Positions 36,931 to 49,412 of a stretch of DNA of 64,000 bases are shown in pieces. Source of the stretch: Octopus sinensis. Its lineage: Eukaryota. The notes under the pieces are model-generated. The model was not told the origin of the DNA and searched no databases. It saw only the letters and a program-made list of their open reading frames with translations. Every line of letters begins with the position of its first letter. Position 1 is the stretch's first letter. The translations under genes and the position numbers were made by a program. Location: positions 107,012,001-107,076,000 of the forward strand of contig NC_043000.1 in the NCBI RefSeq assembly GCF_006345805.1, given 5' to 3'.

Positions 36931-37224
36931 CACACATATATATATATGTATATATGTATATATGTATGTTTGTATGTATGTATCCAACTACCTAACTATA
37001 TATTTATGTATTATCTTCCAACTGGCCTCTCTGTTTAACACTTTATGCTTAACAACATTCACAATAATAGCAGTAACGTTAAGTTTCTCAAGGATTGCGT
37101 AGAAACGTGCGAGTGAAATACTTTTGGGATATTGAAAGACCAAAACACTGCAAATTTTTGAAAGAAATGTCAACAGGAAACACCATTCTATGCTTTGTAA
37201 GAATATATTTATAGTGTGTAAGAC

Positions 37225-37630
37225 AGAGAGAGGAGGAAGAGGACGAGGAGAAGGTGGAGGAAAAGATGGAGAAGGAGGAAGACGTGGTGGTGGTGGTGGT
37301 GGTGGTGGTGGTGGTGGTGGTGGTGGTGGTGGTGGTGGTGGTGTTGGTGGTGGTAACGATGACGATGATGATGATGACAACGATAACGATGATGATGATG
37401 ACAAAGAACGAAGAGGGGTGGAGAAGGGAGAGGACGAGGAGAAGGAGGGATGGTAGAGGAAGAGGAGGGGCGGAGGAGGAAGTGGAGTGTGGAAGAAAAA
37501 GAAGAGGGGGGGAGGAAGAGAAAGAGGGAATGTAGAAGGGGATGGGAAGTAGAAGAGGAAGGTAGGAGGAGGAGGAGGAGGAGGAGGAGGAGGAGGAGGA
37601 AGAAGAAGAAGAAGAAGAAGAAGAAGAAGA
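37225..37630. repeat. (GGT)n/(GAT)n/(GGA)n/(GAA)n purine-rich triplet block
   Basis: Seen directly; the overlapping ORFs are homopolymeric artefacts. Confidence 0.95.
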
Positions 37631-38509
37631 CATTAGAAGTTCTTCGTTGATAGCAACAAAGTAATCTGTTTGGTTTATTTCGATTTTTGTTGCTTTTTTT
37701 TTTCTCGAACCAACACAATTTGTTTAGATCTGATGAAAGTGTGAAGATGGATGGGGTTTTACTAGTAGCATTTCTGAAAGAACAAGGAACCAGAACACGA
37801 TAGAAGGTCTACGAAATGGAAAGAAGAATAACTTAGCATTTATGGATGTGTCCTGCAAATGGCGTGCTCCATTAAATTCTTTGAGTCGCGATTAACGTTC
37901 CATTGGCTTTCGGGAGAATTGGCTAAATTACATTATTATTGAGATATTATTAACTTACTATATACCTATCGGTATATAGCAAGTTGTTGTTCTTATTCCA
38001 GTTATACAGGATGGCATGTGCGTATTTACGACTGTATATGTATATGGGTGCCAGTGAGGGTCCGTGTGTGTATGTATATGTGTGTGTGTGTGCGTATATG
38101 TGCGTGTGTATGTGTATATGTGTGACTGTGTTTGCGTCTTTGACAAGGTGTTGTATAAAATGTATTGATAGTTGACTGTATGTCTGTATATTCATCTGTC
38201 TACATGAATATTTGTCGACTATGAATATTTGTGCATGCGTGTGGGTGTTAGTTGTGTAGACATGTGCGTTTGAGTGTGTGGTGCGTGTGTGTGAGATTCT
38301 GTGTGTGTATGTGTGTGGTGTGCTGGCGTGTGTACATGTGGTGTGTGTTATGTTCACGCACGCACGTGTGTATGTGTCTTGGAAAGTAAGTTGTGTGAGA
38401 ATGATGAAGGCTTGCATAAGTGTTGGAGATAGATTATTAAGAAATATGCATTTACTCGAGCACAAGATAATATGTATACATATATAGATGCATATATATT
38501 ATATAATAT

Positions 38510-38617
<108 letters not shown>

Positions 38618-39651
38618 GTATTTATGTATGTATGTATATATATATATATATGTTACGAATTTATGTCTATACATTATATCTATATACATATATGTGGTGT
38701 GTGTGCGTGTGTGTGTTATATATATACATATGTATATGTATGTATACATATATAATACATGTTTATTTATTATATATATATTATATATATATATATTTAC
38801 ATATTTATGTACGAATAAATATCATATGTATATATATATATATCCCATTATATTATGTTTTATTTGATGATCTTTATTTTTCAAGCTAATGTGTAAGGTA
38901 TTTCATGCTGAAACGTCACAGTTTACATGGACTTTTTCGTTTGTGTTGTTAAAAAGCATATTTTATTACTTTATTGTTGCTTATTTAATTCTTTGAAAGT
39001 AATTATAAACACTTTATTCAATCATTAAAATTATCCGTTGAGCCAGTGCGTGGAACTGGTGGAAAGAATGATAGAGAGAGACAAAAGGAAAGAAACCGTT
39101 GCAATCACGCCACAGAGCGTTTTTGGGGAGATAGAGAGAGAAAAGATCGAGAAAAGAGAGAAAGAGGTACAAAAATACAGGCAGAACAGCATTGTTTGAG
39201 AGAGAAAAATACAGGGAGGAAAAACGAAATAAAGACAGGAGAAATTATTACAGTATTCGAAGCCTTCAAGCAAGAAATTCAGTGGGGAAGATATTGCAGT
39301 AAAATCTTTGGAGGGAAGCATGATTAGGAAATTTTATGTCACGAAAGCTACTACACAGGGAAAGTACAACGGTTAGACAGTAGCCTTTACATCTGAAATC
39401 CCACCATGATTTCTTTTATCTATTATTTTGTTAGCTTCTTAAGCTATGAGTAAGGTAACAAGTTTTAAAACTAATGCATTGATGCTTATATATATGTGTG
39501 TGTGTGTATGTGTGTGTATGCATGTATGTACGATTGTATGTCTATACATATATATATCTGTATATGTGTATGTGTGTCTGTGTGTGTGCGTGTGCGTGCG
39601 TGTATGTTTATATATATGTATATGTATGTATATATATATATATATATATTT

Positions 39652-39772
39652 AGATGGTCCTTTCCTTTTTCTATGTTTCTGAGGAAGAGCTCCGCTCGAA
39701 ACGTTAGAACCTCCTTCTTTCTTTCCTTTCCTCGCGTTGTTGTGTTTTCTCTTTGTTCCTGTTTGGATTAAC

Positions 39773-39775
<3 letters not shown>
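39652..39775 (+). mobile_element. Solo pLTR-like element in (TA)n, same family as 51620-51815
   Basis: Aligns to the reverse complement of 51620-51770 with an internal deletion; ends gtttggattaac(TA)n. Confidence 0.75.
39675..39710 (+). ncRNA. Minimal type I HHR motif, dimer type
   Basis: GUUU CUGAGGA A GAGC-ucc-GCUC GAAAC GUU^AgAAC; palindromic AACGUU in place of stem III. Confidence 0.75.
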
Positions 39776-39824
<49 letters not shown>

Positions 39825-39874
39825 TGTGTATGTGTGTGTGTGTGTGTGCATTATATATTATATATATTATATAT

Positions 39875-39941
<67 letters not shown>

Positions 39942-40411
39942 TGTATGTATGTATGTATGTATGTATGTATGTATGTATGTATGTATGTAGGTATGTATAA
40001 AATATTTATTTTTAGAAGCAACAATGTTTGCTATCAATACTCGCTCTTGATTTTGTTGTTTTCGTTGGCTATGTGAATATCATTCAAAAACATACATTTA
40101 TTAGAAAAAAATGACGCCGCTCCCAAGAGATGTTTAACCAATTTTCAAAACTACGAACACTTTCATTCTCTGACGTTCTACGTACTTCTGTCACTATGCT
40201 CTGAAAATGGTCTTAGAAAGTCGATGGCAGCAAACCATCTGCGCATTACAGAGAGATTTCAGAATGAATATATGATGATCTATATATCGAACAATATCCA
40301 GATGAATAATATGTTTCCAGGATGTGGTTAATTATGAAGAATATTTTAAAGGAAAGTTATAACTATGTGGTAAAGTAGAAATTTATTAACTAAGAAAAAA
40401 ACCCACTAAAA

Positions 40412-40606
40412 TAATGATTTCTGGTATAAGTACAAGGCCAACAATATTGAAGAGAGGAATGTAGTTGACCTCCGGTACTTTATTTTATCGACCCCGAAAG
40501 ATTGAAAGGCAAAGTTGACCTAGGAGAGATTTGAATTCAGAACATAAGACCGGAACAAATGCCGCTAAGCATTTTGTCCTATGTGCTGACGGTTCTACCA
40601 ACTCAC
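40412..40606 (-). mobile_element. Old-type SINE-B, diverged
   Basis: tttatcgaccccgaaag...gttgacct...tgaattcagaac...gccgctaagcattt. Confidence 0.75.
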
Positions 40607-40849
40607 AGTTTTAATAGGCAATCTTACAAACCATAAAATTTTAACACTGAGTTGTTTTTTTTTTCAACGCTCTAACGATTCTGCCAACTCGATAAGCGAA
40701 AGAAAAATATTTTTCTACAGGTTACTTCTTACTAAAATATAATTATTTCACAAAATATCTAAACGATCCGGATTACTAAAGAAAAACAGTACATCTTAAA
40801 CAAAGACATTACATAATGCAATACTACAATAAACAGTTCGCATTTCAAA

Positions 40850-42565
40850 TTTTTTTCAGTTGTTGTCTGTTTATGTTCATAAATGTACATGTGTGTGTGT
40901 TGATGCATCTATGCATGTTGAATGCTTATGTGTAGTTGTGTTGTCTTCCTACACGTTTCACTGTGTTTCAGTGTGTATGAACATCGGAGGAAAAAGCGAA
41001 AAAAGCGTCGACGACACCATTAAAAACGGCGGAGGTGGTACTCCTATCTACTTATCTTGGAAGGCAGATTTCCAAGATCGGAGGAGACATCCCACCCGAA
41101 GTAGACCCCGCTTGGCTGGTGGCAGCCATAATAAACGGCTTGGGGTATAAAATCACAATCCTCCAAGCCCAAGTGCTGGAATTGCAAAATTGGCAGGGCT
41201 CAAGATCATTATACATGCAGCCCCTGCCAATTTAGAAAATATCATGGATACTATACAGGTGGGGGAGACTAAGCTGAGAGTCATGGCAGGGAGGAGGAAG
41301 CCTCGTTGCTACAAGTATGGCCAAAAAGGCCACGTTCGGGCCGAGTGCCAACCTCCCCCCGAAAGAGCAGCGATTCCCCCACCTGTCGAAAATCAAGTGA
41401 GAAAACATCTGAAAATGAAACAGAGGAAGAGGAAATGTAAGGAGCCAAAGGCGAAGGATGGAAGATACTCTCCAGGAAAAAAAGTTAACTACCTTCTCCA
41501 TCCAACTCCACTATCCCTACAACAAAACATAAAAACAACAACCAATAAAACACAACCACCAAAAAATCAAAGCCCGAAATGTCCCCCTCTCATCTAGACA
41601 TGGATTGTGCTGTAGTTGTGACGACTAATAAGTCACTATTGCAGTAATTGAAAGACGTGCCCTATGCGGCCAGCATCACAAAAAACTTTGAGGGGAAAAA
41701 CATCCCCCAGAATATAGAAATTCATAAGATAGATAGGGCTAACTATAATAGGTTAGCAAACCGATTTTAAAATGACATACGCCCTCTTAGGAAAGACGTT
41801 TCCCCACTAATGTTTGAGGGCTTAGTCAATGACAGCCTGCAAGACCCGGATGAAAGACCAAATGAATGAGATGGTAGTGCTACCACATCTCCAACCGTGA
41901 GTACAACGTTATGGATACGCTTTATGTTGGATGTTTAAATGTACGCGGCCTGGGGACAGAATGGAAACAAGATCGTTTCCTGAATTACCTCAGGTCGCAT
42001 AGGACGGATATAGTGATTGTCACAGAGTCCAGACTGAGTAGTCGACGGTGTTCCCCCTCCTAAATGGCTACAAGAAAATTATTTCTCCAGGAGAGAACTA
42101 TCTTCATCGACTCGGAAGGTAGGTTGGTCGTCCTTGAAGTGACACTAAGCAGAAGTAAAGTCTTCAGGCTGGTAGCTGTCTACGCTCCCAAGGAAACTGG
42201 ACAGCATGATTTTTTTTCGAGGCCTGGAGAAGTTTCTCGGGACGTCTCACACCATAGTAATGTTAGGTGACTTTAACGTAATCTGCAATGCACGCGTAGA
42301 TTACGTTGGCTTGTCTACTGATAGGAGGGGAAACCCGTGCTTCAGTAATCTGCTCAGTCGATTTCAGCTGGCAGATAGGTACAGACTAGATGCAAAAAAG
42401 AAAATAAAGGTGGAGAGAAAATGCCTGTTACCTGATGTATATGCAAAAAGATGGAAGACTGTGGCGAATTTGTTGCGAATGAATGAACCCACATAGTGTA
42501 TCCATAAAGGTTAAAGTGATGGCTGGCACAGGACTTGCAGGGTCGAAGCAAAAACCCATCCCCCA
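40850..42565 (+). mobile_element. Tx1/L1-type LINE: ORF1, APE endonuclease and C-terminus, with RT region deleted
   Basis: ORF1 knuckle RCYKYGQKGHVRAEC; EN motifs LNVRGL, VYAP, LGDFN, DRYRL joined directly to KIKVER...RWKTVA...stop and 3' UTR. Confidence 0.75.
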
Positions 42566-42733
42566 CTTCATTGTTTGTATATTTGTTTTCCTTATCATTT
42601 GTTTATCATTCGATTTATAAAAGTTTTTAATTTTTCACCTCTGCGTAAAAACCATACGTACAACCGTATGTACTGTCCCTCTATGTTTGGCCCCAAGTGG
42701 ACAATAAGGAAATCGTTGTTACAATCATATGAA

Positions 42734-43742
42734 ATAGAACTGTCAAAGTGCGATATTCGAACAATTTTGCTATTCGACTTCAGAAAAGGACATAAAGCAG
42801 CTGAAACTGCTCGCGATATCAACGAAACTTTTGGTGAAGAAATTACCAGTGAGTGGTCATCTCGAAAATGATTTAAACGATTTCGCAGTGGAGACCTGAG
42901 CCGTGAAGAGCGTGAGCGTAGTGGACGCCCATCTGTCATCGATGACGGTCAATTAAAGACCATCATTGAGAAAGAGCCACGTAAAACCACTCGAGAAATG
43001 GCAAAAGAACTTCAAGTTAGCCAGAAAACTGCCTGCAACTATTTGCATACGATCGACAAATGGGTACCACACGATTTGAATGAAAATCAGAAAATGCGCA
43101 GATATGAAATTTGCTCGTCGCTTCTTCTCCGTAACCAGACTGATCCATTTCTATACCGTATTGTAACTTGCGATGAAAAGTGGCTTCTGTACAATAATAA
43201 AAAACGTTTTTCGCAGTGGTTAGACCAAAATGAAGCACCGAAAACCTTCCCTAAACCTGAGCTCTTCAAAATGTAGGTTATGGTGACGGTTTGGTGATGT
43301 ACTGATGAACTCATCCCCTATAACTTCTCAAAACTCAGAAAAACCATTACTGCAGAAACATATTGCCATGGAATTGACAAAATGAACGAAAAACTGCTAC
43401 TCCTCCATCCCAGACTGGTCAACAGAAGAGGGCCAATCATTCTTCATGACATTGCTCGACCACGCGTTTCATTAATGACGCTCCAGAAGTTGAGGGAACT
43501 TGGCTACGAAGTTTTTCCCCACCCAGCTTATTCTCCAGACCTTTCTCCTACCGACTAACTTTTTCAAGCACCTTGATGTCTTCCTGCGAGACAAGGAGTT
43601 CAAAAATCAAGCTGATGCTGGAAGTGCTTTCAAAGAGTTCATCAGCTCCACAACTCCAGGTTTTTATGTTACCGAAGTAAACAAACTTGTAACTCGTTGG
43701 CAGAGATGTGTTGATTGTAATGGTACTTACTTTGATGAATAA
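42734..43742 (+). pseudogene. Mariner transposase pseudogene, cecropia/Hsmar1-like
   Basis: KWVPHDL, IVTCDEKW, ILHDIARP, HPAYSPDLSPTD, HLDVFL, RWQRCVDCNGTYFDE; stops and deletions. Confidence 0.92.
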
Positions 43743-43763
43743 CATTTCCGCATTGTTGAAATA

Positions 43764-43992
43764 TTGGGTTGGCCAAAAAGTCCGTTGGTTTTTTTAGGTG
43801 AAAATCAAAACAAAGTAAACAATTGTTAAAAATGTATTTAATCAATAGAATAGTTACCATTTGCTTCTATAACCTTTCGCCACCTATTGGGTAGATTTTT
43901 AATACCCTGTTCGAAGAATTTAGGTTCTTTATTAGCAAAAAAAGTTTCCAAGAAAGTTTTCACGTCTTCATCAGAATTAAATTTTTTTGCAT
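43764..43992 (-). mobile_element. Right end of another mariner (TIR plus C-terminal codons)
   Basis: TA 43762-63, then ttgggttggccaaaaagtcc; minus strand reads NSDEDVKTFLETFFANKEPKFFEQGIKNLPNRWRKVIEANGNYSID*. Confidence 0.85.
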
Positions 43993-43994
43993 TC

Positions 43995-44370
43995 AATAGA
44001 GGAGACAAACAAGGACAGACAAAGGGATTAAGTCGATTACATGTGTGACTGGTACTTATTTAATCGACCCCGAAACGATGAAAGGTAAAGTCGCCCTCGG
44101 TGGAATTCGAACTCAGAACGTAACGGCAGACGAAATACATATTTCTTTACTACCCACAAGAAGCTAAACACAGAGGGGACAAACAAGGACAGACAAACGG
44201 ATTAAGTCGATTACATCGACCCCAGTGCGTAACTGGTACTTAATTTATCGACCCCGAAAGGATGAAAGGCAAAGTCGACCTCGGCGGAATTTGAACTCAG
44301 AACGCAACGGCAGACGAAATACCGCTACGTATTTCGCCCGGCGTGCTAACGTTTCTGCCAGCTTGCCACC
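43995..44370 (-). mobile_element. SINE-B: head, 184-nt unit, truncated second young unit
   Basis: gacgaaatac ends at 44138 and 44322. Confidence 0.92.
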
Positions 44371-44487
44371 CTAATATGATAATATTATATTATTAATAGC
44401 TACTAGGGGTTTAAGACGGAGAGTTGATAGAGTCATTAAAGCGCCCGGTACAACACTGTACAGTATTTAACACAACTTTTATTTATG

Positions 44488-44645
44488 TATTTTCAGTTGC
44501 GTTCTGAGTTCAAATCTTGCCAAGGTTAACTTCGCTTTTATATTTTCGTAGTTGATAAAATAAGGTAACAGTCAAGTTTTGGGATCGATTTTATCGACAC
44601 GCCCTCCCTCGAAATTGCTGGCCTTGTTTCTAAATTAGAAACTAT
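44488..44645 (+). mobile_element. Old-type SINE-B, diverged
   Basis: cgttctgagttcaaat...gatcgattttatcgac...ccctccctcgaaattgctggccttg. Confidence 0.7.
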
Positions 44646-46891
44646 TTTGTTAGTTATTTCTTCTTTTGATCTTAGTCACAGGTGTTTAATTTTACACAAC
44701 CACCACGAAGATTTATCATTTATTTTTTTTTCCTTAAATACCTTGTTATATTCAATATTTACTTAAACTTAGAAATAGCCACCAAATTTACTACAAATTC
44801 CCATCATGCCACGATAAAAAAATATACATGTTGAATAATGTCCTTCTCGATGCATTTTCTGGAAGTCATTGCTAGAACGCTTTTGAACATCGTTCTTGCT
44901 CCATTCAGATTTAACCTGGGGCTAAAAAGCGAAAAGAAACTTTGACAACAAAGTCTCCGTTTTCTTCTAATTGCATTGAAACTGTGAATGTTGATACTCA
45001 TGAATAAAGATTTACTTCAGACATTCTCAAATATCTAGTAGTGAATATATATCTTGTTATGTCTTAGATATAATTAAATATTCTGACCGTGTCGTTACAT
45101 CCGTTAAATGTTTAAGTTTTATCGGTTTTTCTCTTACGTGGATGCGCTCTTGAATAGCATTCAGCTGTGCTTTTCTCACACGACACAAGTTTAAAATGAA
45201 GACCACAAAAACAAATAGTTTTCCTTCATTCAACCATGAAGTGACCATAGCAACGAGACGATCGCTTCACGTATTGTCTAAGAATTAAATAATTCTGAGA
45301 GCATCAACTGCAAAAAAAAAAACGCTCATTTATTATATTTACATTATACGTCCTTGTGGCGTAAAAAAAAAGTGGTAAGTGCAAAATACACAATTGGAAA
45401 AGTAAATATAAATGTCATGTGTGAAGAATGTTGTAGAATTCATTAAATATTTTGTACTTTTGGGAGTTATCTTTACTATAATGATTCGTAAACTAAACAT
45501 ATTTTCTCGGAACAAAGCCTCTGGTGAATTGAATTTTCTCATTAGCCATAACAAAAGCGCTCGCTTTTAATTATATACATCCATATTGGTGTAAAGTTTA
45601 CTACTTTTCATTTTGACTTATAATAAAAGTTGGCGGTCTTTGGCAAAATACAAATGGAAAAGTAAAAAAAAAAACAACGAATTATCGAAATTGAATGTGA
45701 TTTATTTAATACAACTGCAATCATTCAGAAATATAGAAAAGCTGTAAAACATTGGCAGATTTTCAAAATATAGATTTCACATATATGTTACTTCGATGTT
45801 TCTTAGTAGTAATTACAGAGAATATGACAGCAGAAACAGTGAAGTTGACAACCAGTAATTTGAACTGTTTAGTACTTCTGATTGACAAATAGCAGCGATG
45901 AAATCTCAAATCAGTTGATAAGACACGATAAGCCATAGTTGATTTCTATCTGACTTCTTCTACATAACAATAACATGATTTTCGTGTCGAAGCAAGTATA
46001 ATTTATCAGATATCAATTGAGATTTCGCATGAAATTAACGTATGGAGATTATTTGACGTCAAGAAGACTTGTGAAGCTGTAGTTTTACAAGTTGGTCTTC
46101 TATTTTCGCTCGATTGGAAGTAGACAAGGAGAATTATAAGGGTACTTAGAAATAATTTATAATGTTGTAAGTTGTAAGCATTTACGCTGGTTATTGAGGT
46201 CGGGATCTTTGTTGCCAATATCTCCGTGACTTGTAACGCTTTCGAGTGGTTTTTATCTGATTTCATATACTATAAATGATGTTTTATCTTAACTGTAACG
46301 ATAGCGCTTCAAGCTTTTAATAACATTATAATAATAGAATATTATTATCAGGGATGTAGCTAGTGATTTCAGGAAAGATACTTTGTAAAGAAACTCCATT
46401 CTTGAACAACTCAGAAATAAGGTTAATATAGAAATAGAATTTGAACTTGACTCAGAGTTAAACGTTTCAATTACTGTTGCCTCTATAAGTTTTGTACCAT
46501 TCAACGGATTAAACAAAAGATATTTAAACATATTTTGAAAGCTTTCGTGTACTAAAACATATCGCCTCTTTTAAAATAATGCATAGAATATAAAGAAAGT
46601 AATATATGAATCAAATATCTATCATACATTCAAAATACTTTCCATCTAGTTAACGGCATTACTGTTGTGGCGTTTTTAACGAAAAGTATTATTGAAGATG
46701 ATGGATAAAGAGAAGTTGAATGTAAAAAACAAAGCTATTTTTAACGAACCCTTTCATCGGATGTTTAAAGATCTATGATCATACTAATATATATTGTTTA
46801 GTTTAGCATAGTGATAATAGAATTGTTTGAAGTTGGAGTGCTCCTTTCGTGGTTCCCGTGAAGGACTTAAATTAAGCTTAAATCAAGCTTA

Positions 46892-47252
46892 TGTCAAATC
46901 TCGACTCGCTAAAGGTAATTGTCTAATCTTCCTCAAATTATACCCAATTATCTTGAAGAGGAAGCAGACAGATTGAATAATAGTTGATTAAGGCTAACGC
47001 GCATCTAAATAACAATATATACGTACTACTCCCGCAAATATTTATAGTTTTGTTAACTAAGACAGTATGAGGTTTGTGTGTTGGCCGTGGATCAAAACAT
47101 TGCGTTAATGAGGGTGCAATGTGCTGGGGTACGTTCCGATTATCTATTGGCTTGCCCATCAACGAATTTTCTAAATTTATATTAATGGTTAGAGAGCGTA
47201 TATATTGTTATTTAGATTTGATTTATTACCTTTAGCGAGTCGAGATTTGACA
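46892..47252. mobile_element. 361-bp MITE candidate with perfect 28-bp inverted termini
   Basis: tgtcaaatctcgactcgctaaaggtaat (46892-46919) versus 47225-47252; no clear TSD. Confidence 0.6.
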
Positions 47253-47288
47253 CAAAAGCTCCCACTTTGGCTTGTGAGAGTACATACT

Positions 47289-47375
47289 GTTGGTGTTGTT
47301 ATTGTTGCTGTTTAATCCCAGGTTAGCTTTGATAAAGTAGATCTATGGTCAAAGACCTCCGCCTGTAGCCATTGC

Positions 47376-47406
<31 letters not shown>

Positions 47407-47460
47407 GAGCTATGTGTATCTAAGACTACATTATGTAATGAGTCCCTCTGTTTTTAAGAT
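47289..47460 (-). mobile_element. Fragment of a (CAA)n-tailed retro-repeat, split by (CT)n
   Basis: Minus strand ends ctaacctgggattaaacagcaacaataacaac. Confidence 0.4.
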
Positions 47461-47581
47461 AATTGCCTGGTGAGAGCATATTATTATGATTGTTTAAACC
47501 CCGAGTTAGACCTCATTAAGTAGGCATACGAGGAGGTAAAGTACATTATCCAATGGATTCTTCCATATATTGGCTCTCTTA

Positions 47582-47762
47582 CATTATTTACATTTGATGG
47601 ATATATGTCCTCATCTTGTTTGCTGTTAACACAACGTTTCGGTTGATATGAGAACCCAGGTTCGAAATTTCGCCAAGACACCTGATGAAGGCTGGAGGGT
47701 GTATCAGCCGAAACGTTGTGTTAACAACAAACAAGATGATCTGTCAAATGTAAATAAAGTAC
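47582..47762. mobile_element. Inverted pair of Penelope pLTR-like segments
   Basis: 47582-47648 is the reverse complement of 47702-47762, with one small indel. Confidence 0.75.
47678..47721 (+). ncRNA. Minimal type I HHR with intact core, dimer type
   Basis: ACAC CUGAUGA A GGCUG-gagggUguau-CAGCC GAAAC GUU^GUGU; stems I and II perfect. Confidence 0.85.
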
Positions 47763-48532
47763 ATAATTCCTCATCTCTATGGGCTCTCTTGTTTCGTGAA
47801 AAGATATATGAAACATATATGATGCAACAGAATGTATTAGTGGTCGAGAGATTTTGCGTTAAGATCGTGATAAAACAAGTTCATCAATCTTTTTTTTTTT
47901 TTCAAATGCATTAAAAAAATACTTCTACAACAAAGAAAATTTCGCAAAAAAAAAATGCATAAAACTCAGAACATTTCACGACACATTTCTCATTTCCTCT
48001 ACCCTGTAGCTTTGAAGATTGGTGCCTAATAAAATCATTAATAGGTTCCTGATTAAAATAATCTTTGAGCAGGAGTCGGGCATAATAATATTAATAGTTT
48101 CCTTCTTAAAATGTTGCGGAGAAATTTTTCATAATAAATTCGGCCCCTTAGGTTTTAGTTTTAATTTGAAAAAAAAAATGAATGAAGAAAAGTTAATTAA
48201 ATTCCAATATTTTAATCAACAATACATACCATCTGTCGGCTGTGGTATTCATTTATATGCTTTTGTTAAAATACTATAGTATAACTAACACATAAAAGCA
48301 ACAAATGAACAAAGAAAAGGCAATTAAATTTAGAGAAGCTCTCCACAAAAAGATATTTAAAAAAGTTATTTTATAGAATTAAAATTAAATCCAGCAGTAG
48401 CAGTATTATTTCTATTACAGATCCAATTAATTTATTAATTTAGAATTTCTTTAATAGCTAGTATTTTTACATTTTTGTAAACATTTTCTCAGTCTCCCCA
48501 TATTATATGAGAGTGTATGAAGTGTGTGTGTG

Positions 48533-48563
<31 letters not shown>

Positions 48564-48564
48564 T

Positions 48565-48655
<91 letters not shown>

Positions 48656-48669
48656 TGTGTGTGTTTGTG

Positions 48670-48870
48670 CTTGTGTTTGTTCCACCTACTAATGGACAAA
48701 CGGCGTTGACTTGCTCCTTTCGCTGTCGCTTAGCGTTTCGACATAAGGGGAAATAGGACAAGCACCCGATTTAAAGAAAAATAAGTGCTGCGGTCGATCA
48801 CTTCGACTAAAATAGCTCAATGCAGCGTCACAGCATGGTTGTAGTCCTATAACTAAAACAAGAAATAAAC
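48670..48870 (+). mobile_element. Diverged SINE-A 3' half
   Basis: Follows a (TG)n tract; weak match to the family 3' module. Confidence 0.6.
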
Positions 48871-48933
48871 AATAAAAGATATATTGGCAACGGTAGAATT
48901 GGCGGCAGCGGGGGCAGTGGCGGCAACGGCTGT

Positions 48934-49158
48934 GCGAGCTGGCAGAAACGTTAGCACGCCGGACGAAATGCTTAGCAATATTTCGTCTGCCGTTCTGAGT
49001 TCAAATTCCGCCGAGGTCGACTTTTCCTTTCATCCTTTCGGAATCGATTAAATAAGTACCAGTTACGCACTGCGGTCGATATAATCGACTTAATCCGTTT
49101 GTCTGTCCTTGTTTGTCCTCTCTGTGTTTAGCCCCTTGTGGGTAGTAAAGAAATAGGT
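48934..49158 (+). mobile_element. SINE-B, single young unit
   Basis: Head through aaagaaataggt, followed by (GGT)n. Confidence 0.92.
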
Positions 49159-49412
49159 AGTGGTGGTAGTCGTTGTCGTGGTGGTGGTAGTTGCGGCGAA
49201 GTATTGTTGTTATTGGTGGTGGTGGTGGTGGTGGTGGTGGTGATGTGGTCGTGGTGGTGGTGGCGGTGGTGGTGGTGGTGGTTGGGGATAGTGGTGGTGG
49301 TGGTGGTTGGGGATAGTGGTGATGGTGGTGGTGGTGGTGGTGGTTGTCAGATGGTGATGGTGGTGGTCAGATGGTGATGGTGGTGGTCAGATGGTGATGG
49401 TGGTAGTGGTGA
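49159..49412. repeat. (GGT)n-rich tract with three copies of a 20-nt unit
   Basis: gtcag ends at 49350, 49370 and 49390. Confidence 0.9.

Noticed and set aside
38865-38930. TTGATGA...GAAACGTC possible hammerhead relic
   Set aside because: No stem II or stem I complementarity.
45241-45254. Perfect RFX X-box (GTGACC-AT-AGCAAC)
   Set aside because: About one match is expected by chance in 64 kb on two strands (rough estimate), and there is no promoter evidence.
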